Positions 58,080 to 64,000 of a stretch of DNA of 64,000 nt are shown here, in pieces. The notes beneath the pieces were generated by a model that was not told the origin of the DNA, made no database searches, and worked only from the letters and a program-made list of their open reading frames with translations. Both the position numbers and the translations under genes were made by a program. The stretch comes from an uncultured candidate division Zixibacteria bacterium (lineage in GTDB: Bacteria; Zixibacteria; MSB-5A5; GN15; FEB-12), in the NCBI GenBank assembly GCA_963735035.1, contig CAVTJJ010000006.1, forward strand, positions 576,001-640,000, read 5' to 3'. Each line of letters starts with the position of its first letter. Position 1 is the first letter of the stretch.

Positions 58080-58674
58080 GCCGGGGGGACGCTGGGGGAT
58101 TCTCGGAGGGGCGTTCGACCCCATTCATCTCGGCCACCTGAATCTGGCTCGCGAAGTTCGACTTCTGAGACATCTGGACGGCATTCTATTAGTGCCGACA
58201 TATGCTCCGCCTCACCGCCCGGTCCACCCGATTGCATCGTATGAAGATCGAATAGAAATGACTCGTCTGGCCATACAGGACCAGACTGGTATGGAAGTAA
58301 GTCGCGTAGAAGAACGGACCGGTCGACCAAGTTTTACGATCGACACGGTGCGGGTACTTAAGACTGTCCATCCCGGAGTTGAATTCGAATTAGTAATGGG
58401 CGCCGACCAGCTCAGCCAGCTACAAACCTGGCATCGCTGGCGCGATCTTCTTGATGAAGTTTTGCTGGTCGTTGGGGGTCGCCCTGGAGTGAACATGCCT
58501 GAGGTGAGCGGTGTTAAGTCGGACAGGATAATTGTGTTGAACACCCCGCTCGTGCTTGCTTCATCGACCCAGGTGCGGGCGCGTATTACAGCCGGTGCCA
58601 ATTCCGATGAGTTAACGGCTATGGTTCCGGCTGAAGTAGCGAAGTATATTCAGTCCAGGAACCTTTACCGATGA
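58066..58674 (+). CDS. nadD: Nicotinate-nucleotide adenylyltransferase
   Basis: GGAFDPIHLGH, SFTIDT, MGAD, SSTQVR. Confidence 0.93.
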   Translation: MPAPEPGGRWGILGGAFDPIHLGHLNLAREVRLLRHLDGILLVPTYAPPHRPVHPIASYEDRIEMTRLAIQDQTGMEVSRVEERTGRPSFTIDTVRVLKTVHPGVEFELVMGADQLSQLQTWHRWRDLLDEVLLVVGGRPGVNMPEVSGVKSDRIIVLNTPLVLASSTQVRARITAGANSDELTAMVPAEVAKYIQSRNLYR

Positions 58675-61397
58675 GTCCTGAGAAGCGAAAACGCATCTAT
58701 CTGGTCGATGGCTCGGCGATCTTCTACCGTGCCTATTTTGCGTTTATCCGCAATCCGCTGATCAATTCCAAAGGGGAGAATACATCGGCCTCGTTCGGCC
58801 TGGTTAATTCGTTGCTGAAGATTATGCGGGAGGAAGAACCGGAGTATCTGGCGATTGCATTCGACACCGGCAAGCCGACTTTCCGCCACGAGATGTACGC
58901 GGATTACAAGTCCACTCGCGCCAAGATGCCCGACGATCTGGTGTCCCAACTACCCCGTATCCAGCAGGTAGTGGCGGCGCTGAACATCCCGGCTCTCGAC
59001 ATGGAAGGTTTCGAAGCTGACGATCTGATCGGCACGTTGGCAGTCAAGGCCGTACGCGAAGGATTCGATGTCTGGTGTGTGACGGGTGATAAAGACTTCT
59101 TCCAACTGGTCAATGACCATGTAAGCATCTATGTCCCGCGCAAAGCTTCCGAGGCTCCCGAACGGATGGGACGGGAAGAGGTCAAAGAGAAATTCGGGGT
59201 ATATCCGGAGACGGTCATTGACAAACTCGCCCTGATGGGTGATTCATCGGACAACATCCCCGGCGTACCCGGTATCGGTCCCAAGACGGCCGACAAGCTT
59301 CTGGAGCAATTTGGCACGCTTGATGGCGTCCTCGAAAACTGCGACAAGATCATGCCCGCGGGCGTTCAGCAGAAGGTCAAAGGTAACGTAGATAAGGCGA
59401 GACTTTCGAAAGTCCTGGCCACGATTCATACGGACGCACCTATCTCGGTAGACCTTGAGACTCTGAAACGCCGTTCGCCCGATTTCGCCAGGGTGAAACA
59501 ACTCTTTACTGAGTTGGAATTTACCTCCCTGCTTAAACAGGTTTTGCCCGAGACCGTCGCAGCGACACCGGACAAGACTTCTGCAACTGCCACCAAAGCC
59601 TTTTATCACACCGTTGCGACCTTGGCTGATCTCAAGAAGCTAGTCGCTATCATGAACAAGACGGATATTATTGCAGTAGACACCGAGACCACTTCCACCG
59701 ACGCTCTCACCGCTCAATTAGTTGGTGTATCGCTATCTGACCGATCCGGCGTTGGTTACTACATTCCGGTAGGTCATACTACCGACTCTGAGAAGAACCT
59801 GCTCCTGGATGACGCGATATCCCTGCTGAAGACATTGTTGGAAAATTCCGCCGTCCGCAAGTTGGGGCAGAACATCAAGTATGATTTCCATGTGTTGAGA
59901 CGTTACGGCATCGAGATCGCCCCGATATCGTTCGACACGATGATTGCCTCGTACGTAATCAATCCGACCCTGCGTCAGCACTCACTCGACGCCCAGGCGT
60001 TGCGACATTTCGATTATCAGATGCAACCGATTACCGATCTCATCGGCAGTGGCAAGGGGCAGAAGACGTTTGATATCGTACCGGTCGACAAAGCGACCTT
60101 CTATTCCGGCGAGGATGCTGATTTCACGTTCCGGCTGCACGGTGTGCTGGCGCCTGAAATCGAGAAACTCGAACTCAAGAACCTTTATTATGACATCGAG
60201 CTGCCTTTGATCAAGGTACTCGCCAACATGGAACAGGCCGGTGTCAGGATTGATGATGTCTTCCTGGGCGAGTTGAGCGCTCAGATGGAATCAGGTCTGG
60301 CGGAAGTCGAAGGCCAGATTTACAAAATGGCGGGCGGGCAGTTCAACATCAACTCCACTCAGCAGCTGGGGCATATCCTATTCGAAAAGCTTGCGCTGCC
60401 TACGAAAGGCAAGACCGCCAAGAAGACTGGGTTCTCGACAGACGTGCGCGTCTTGGAAGAGCTGGCGCTCGTGCATGAATTCCCGAAACTCATTCTGAAC
60501 TACCGCCAACTGAACAAACTGAAGAGCACCTATGTTGATGCCTTGCCACGTTTGATCAATCCCGAGACGGGACGTGTACACACTACTTTCAATCAGACCA
60601 TCGCGGCTACCGGGCGGTTATCATCGACCGACCCCAATCTTCAGAATATCCCGATTCGTACCGACGAAGGCCGGGAAATCCGAAAAGCCTTTGTCCCGCG
60701 TGATGCCGATCATGTATTACTCGCGGCCGACTACAGCCAGATCGAGCTTCGCATTCTGGCGCACTATACCGGCGACGTCGGTTTGATCAAGGCGTTCCGG
60801 AATGCCGAAGACATCCATGCCCGCACCGCGGCTGAAGTGTTTGGGGTGAACATTACCGACGTGACCTCCAAGATGCGACGCGTCGCCAAAACGGCCAATT
60901 TTGCGGTGATATACGGAGTGTCGGCTTTCGGGCTGTCGCAGCAGACGGAGATGAGCTTAGAGGAGTCCAAGCAATTCATCAATACTTACTTTGCCCGCTA
61001 TCCCGGCATCAAGAAGTACATTGACGATACCATTGCTTTCGCCCGCCGTACCGGCTATGTGACCACGCTGTACAACAGGCGGCGCTACCTACCGGAGATC
61101 AACGATAAGAATTGCAATATCCGTCAGTTCGCCGAGCGCACCGCTATCAACACGCCGATTCAGGGCACCGCGGCGGACATAATAAAGGTGGCCATGATTG
61201 ATATCGACCGGCGTCTGCAGCCGATGCGCTCCAGGATGGTATTACAAGTGCACGATGAGCTCGTTTGCGATGTCCATAAAGACGAACTTGAGGAAGTGAC
61301 CCGGCTGGTGCGAACCGGACTGGAGCAGGCAGCGACGTTGAAAGTGCCACTGGTGGCCGATATGGGAACTGGCCAGAACTGGCTTGAAGCGAAGTAG
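58671..61397 (+). CDS. polA: DNA polymerase I
   Basis: 5'-3' exonuclease domain, DTET, GRLSSTDPNLQNIP, DYSQIELR, QVHDE. Confidence 0.98.
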   Translation: MSPEKRKRIYLVDGSAIFYRAYFAFIRNPLINSKGENTSASFGLVNSLLKIMREEEPEYLAIAFDTGKPTFRHEMYADYKSTRAKMPDDLVSQLPRIQQVVAALNIPALDMEGFEADDLIGTLAVKAVREGFDVWCVTGDKDFFQLVNDHVSIYVPRKASEAPERMGREEVKEKFGVYPETVIDKLALMGDSSDNIPGVPGIGPKTADKLLEQFGTLDGVLENCDKIMPAGVQQKVKGNVDKARLSKVLATIHTDAPISVDLETLKRRSPDFARVKQLFTELEFTSLLKQVLPETVAATPDKTSATATKAFYHTVATLADLKKLVAIMNKTDIIAVDTETTSTDALTAQLVGVSLSDRSGVGYYIPVGHTTDSEKNLLLDDAISLLKTLLENSAVRKLGQNIKYDFHVLRRYGIEIAPISFDTMIASYVINPTLRQHSLDAQALRHFDYQMQPITDLIGSGKGQKTFDIVPVDKATFYSGEDADFTFRLHGVLAPEIEKLELKNLYYDIELPLIKVLANMEQAGVRIDDVFLGELSAQMESGLAEVEGQIYKMAGGQFNINSTQQLGHILFEKLALPTKGKTAKKTGFSTDVRVLEELALVHEFPKLILNYRQLNKLKSTYVDALPRLINPETGRVHTTFNQTIAATGRLSSTDPNLQNIPIRTDEGREIRKAFVPRDADHVLLAADYSQIELRILAHYTGDVGLIKAFRNAEDIHARTAAEVFGVNITDVTSKMRRVAKTANFAVIYGVSAFGLSQQTEMSLEESKQFINTYFARYPGIKKYIDDTIAFARRTGYVTTLYNRRRYLPEINDKNCNIRQFAERTAINTPIQGTAADIIKVAMIDIDRRLQPMRSRMVLQVHDELVCDVHKDELEEVTRLVRTGLEQAATLKVPLVADMGTGQNWLEAK

Positions 61398-61418
61398 CCG
61401 ATAACCCCGTGAGTAATT

Positions 61419-62009
61419 GTGAATATGATCATCGGTCTGGCAGGACAAATTGGTTCAGGCAAGAGCAGTGTCGCCAAGATATTGGCGCGGTTCGGTGCGA
61501 TTGTCATAAGTGCCGATCAGATCGGGCACGAGGTCGTAGATAGATCGCAGGCACTTCGACTCAAACTCGTTCGCGCGTTCGGTCCCACTATTATCGATTC
61601 GAGAGGGATTATCCGCCGCAAGAAGCTGGCGGAGCTGGCCTTTGCCGGTGAAGATTCTCGCATCAAGCTGAATTCGCTCGTGCATCCATACTTGCTGGCC
61701 GAGTTAAGAAAACAATTACGCCAGGCAAAGCGCGGGGGAAAAATCGTTGTGATTGACGCCGCTCTCCTGCTGTATTGGAAGATGGATCGCGAAGTTGACT
61801 GCGTGATTGTCGTCCATGCTTCCCGTCAGCTACGCCTGAATCGTCTTCAAGCGCGGGGAGTAGATCGCAAGGATGCTCTGGCGAGGGAGAGGGCCCAGTT
61901 GCCGTACAGCGAATATCTCGGTCGCGCCGATCATGTTATTCTCAACAACGGCACAAAGGCCGACCTCAGTCGGAAAGTACGCACCCTGCTATCACGTCTC
62001 GATTCCTAA
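61419..62009 (+). CDS. coaE: Dephospho-CoA kinase
   Basis: GQIGSGKSS, LVHP; follows polA. Confidence 0.92.
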   Translation: MNMIIGLAGQIGSGKSSVAKILARFGAIVISADQIGHEVVDRSQALRLKLVRAFGPTIIDSRGIIRRKKLAELAFAGEDSRIKLNSLVHPYLLAELRKQLRQAKRGGKIVVIDAALLLYWKMDREVDCVIVVHASRQLRLNRLQARGVDRKDALARERAQLPYSEYLGRADHVILNNGTKADLSRKVRTLLSRLDS

Positions 62010-62085
62010 TTCATTTGACAGTCTGGCCATTCGGCCGCTTATTCCTAATCGCTGCAATTGGTAATGCAGGTAACGAGGAACCGCC

Positions 62086-64000
62086 GTGCCGCTTATTGAT
62101 TCCACTACGGGCAACATTGTCCGCGAATACACCATAGACGAACTATGCGAGCGAGCTCGCTACATGCGGGGTCTCAACCTGATCGCCCTCTGCGCGGCCG
62201 GCTCGGGACATTCGGGTGGAACCCTCGGCGTGATGGACATCGCCGCCGCGCTCTACCTCAAAGTAGCCAGACACGACCCGAAGAAACCTGACTGGCCCGA
62301 CCGTGACCGGATTATCTGGTCGGCAGGACACAAAGCCCCCGCACTCTACACTGCCCTGGCGGTCTCCGGATACTTCGATCAGAACGAAATAGTTCGGCTT
62401 CGGCAACTTGGTTCACCGTTTCAAGGCCACCCGCACCGACTGGAGCTCGGTGGTGTAGAATTTTCCACTGGTTCATTAGGGCAGGGGCTGTCGCTTGGAG
62501 TCGGCACGGCCCTCTCCTGCCGACTCGATAAGAATGAATACCGGGTTTTCGTGATCTGTACCGATGGCGAGCAGCAGGAAGGTTCGATCTGGGAGGCCGC
62601 CATGTCGGCCGCGCACTATCACTTGGGCAATCTTATCGCCCTGATAGATTTAAATCGGCTCCAGATTGATGGCCCGGTCAAGGATGTCATGAACATCGAG
62701 CCGCTCGCCGACAAGTACCGCGCTTTCGGCTGGGATGTGGTTAGCGCCGACGGCCATGATATGGGCGACCTTGTCGCCAAGCTTGAGACTGCCTGCAATC
62801 GACCATTAAAAGGCAAGCCTGCGGCCATAATATGCCACACCAACAAGGGGCACGGCGTTTCCTTCATGGAGAACGTGGTCGGCTGGCATGGGAAGGCGCC
62901 CAACCGCGAAGAACTCAACCGGGCCCTGACAGAGCTCAAACTGAAGGACGCTTTCGAGGTCGATCGGATGCTATCCTATGCGCGTGAGTGCGAAGTTCGT
63001 GTTGAAGAAGGTCTCGCTACGGCACTTCCGAAATACTCCCGCGATTTCTGGTGGAACGCCGGTCCACGGATGAAAGTCGAGATGAAGCCGACCCGTATCG
63101 GTTTCGGCGTGGCGCTGGAAAAGCACGGCGACGATCCCAGAATTGTCTGTCTCGGCGCTGACATCTCGGACTCAATTTGCATCTCTGAATTCTACAAGAA
63201 CCATCCGGAACGCCGCGAACGGTTCATCTCAGTCGGGATCGCTGAACAAAACGCGACTACTATTGCGGCCGGTTTGGCCAAGGAAGGGAAGATTCCGGTT
63301 TTCGGGACTTACGGAGTCTTCTCGTCCGCCAGAAATCTCGACCAGGTTCGGGTGTCGGTCTGCTATGCCAACCTCAATGTCCTGATTGTTGGAGCTCACG
63401 GTGGGGTCTCGGTCGGCCCCGACGGCGCCACGCATCAGGAATTGGAGTCCCTTTTTCAGATGACCGGACTCCCCAATATGCACGTGGGCGTTCCCTGTGA
63501 CGCTTTCGAGACCGAAAAGATGACCCGCGCCATGCTGTTCGACGTCCTTGGCCCCAAGTACCTTCGTCTGGCTCGCGAGGCGACCCCGGTCATGACGTCA
63601 GAAGATACCCCGTTCAAGTTCGGCGAGGGGTTGATTTTCAGATATCGACAGGAGTCTGACCGGCTGGTTGACGCTTTCGAGGCCATTCCGGCCGGGTCAT
63701 ACCGCTCCGAAGGCGAGGCGGTCACAATAGTCTCCTGTGGCCCGGAGACAGCCGAGGCGCTCCGGGCGGCCTATATCCTACGCACTGACCTTGACCTTCA
63801 GGCCCGCGTGTTGCATCTTCATACTTTGAAGCCGCTAGACAAGGCGGCGGTCGCCAGAGCGGCCTTGGAAACCGGAGCGGTCATAACCGCCGAAGAACAC
63901 CAGATTGGTGGTCTCGGAAATCTAGTAGTGGCCGTGCTGGCGGAGCAGTCCGGAAAGACCAGAAAGCCGTGCCGTTTCGCCATGATCGGCGTTCCGGATC
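62086..64000 (+). CDS. tkt: Transketolase, with N- and C-terminal sections in one ORF; runs off the window end and is missing from the ORF track
   Basis: Read by hand from the GTG at 62086 (RBS GAGGA): GSGHSGG, QGHP, TGSLGQG, DGEQQEG, GIAEQN, GPDGATHQ, TAEEH. Confidence 0.9.
   Translation, partial: MPLIDSTTGNIVREYTIDELCERARYMRGLNLIALCAAGSGHSGGTLGVMDIAAALYLKVARHDPKKPDWPDRDRIIWSAGHKAPALYTALAVSGYFDQNEIVRLRQLGSPFQGHPHRLELGGVEFSTGSLGQGLSLGVGTALSCRLDKNEYRVFVICTDGEQQEGSIWEAAMSAAHYHLGNLIALIDLNRLQIDGPVKDVMNIEPLADKYRAFGWDVVSADGHDMGDLVAKLETACNRPLKGKPAAIICHTNKGHGVSFMENVVGWHGKAPNREELNRALTELKLKDAFEVDRMLSYARECEVRVEEGLATALPKYSRDFWWNAGPRMKVEMKPTRIGFGVALEKHGDDPRIVCLGADISDSICISEFYKNHPERRERFISVGIAEQNATTIAAGLAKEGKIPVFGTYGVFSSARNLDQVRVSVCYANLNVLIVGAHGGVSVGPDGATHQELESLFQMTGLPNMHVGVPCDAFETEKMTRAMLFDVLGPKYLRLAREATPVMTSEDTPFKFGEGLIFRYRQESDRLVDAFEAIPAGSYRSEGEAVTIVSCGPETAEALRAAYILRTDLDLQARVLHLHTLKPLDKAAVARAALETGAVITAEEHQIGGLGNLVVAVLAEQSGKTRKPCRFAMIGVPD

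Noticed and set aside
62143..63725. Short ORFs suggesting a gene-poor window end
   Set aside because: The region is a plus-strand transketolase ORF omitted from the track because its stop lies beyond the window.

Overview
Bacterial chromosomal window from a diderm organism (LptD, BamD, LolA, and proteins ending in the 'QN(Y/F)PNPFN...KMxLLK' secretion-type C-terminal domain). This is suggestive of an FCB-associated lineage such as Zixibacteria, which is my inference. The right half is mostly housekeeping: recN-dnaG-mutS2-cvpA-yqeY-rpsU, yebC, argS, a shikimate operon lacking aroC, lptD, HU, ftsK-lolA-rimO-SLT-bamD-nadD-polA-coaE and a transketolase running off the end. The left half is patchier. 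A probable HD-like / fungal-type homoaconitase / MmgE-PrpD cluster is interrupted by three accessory genes, and there are large secreted multi-domain proteins. The main unexplained structure is a set of intergenic mosaics of several different REP-like palindrome families (GTAG-, GTGG-, GGGTG-, GTCA- and CGTC-footed). Some have small hairpins nested inside them, and they mostly sit next to accessory genes. One composite 47-bp unit is directly repeated around an aspartyl-protease gene. Other points of note: a DapF homolog with both catalytic Cys replaced by Ser, an HD-fold protein with AD in place of HD, and three single-base frameshifts. I saw no transposase, integrase, reverse transcriptase, CRISPR array, tRNA or rRNA.
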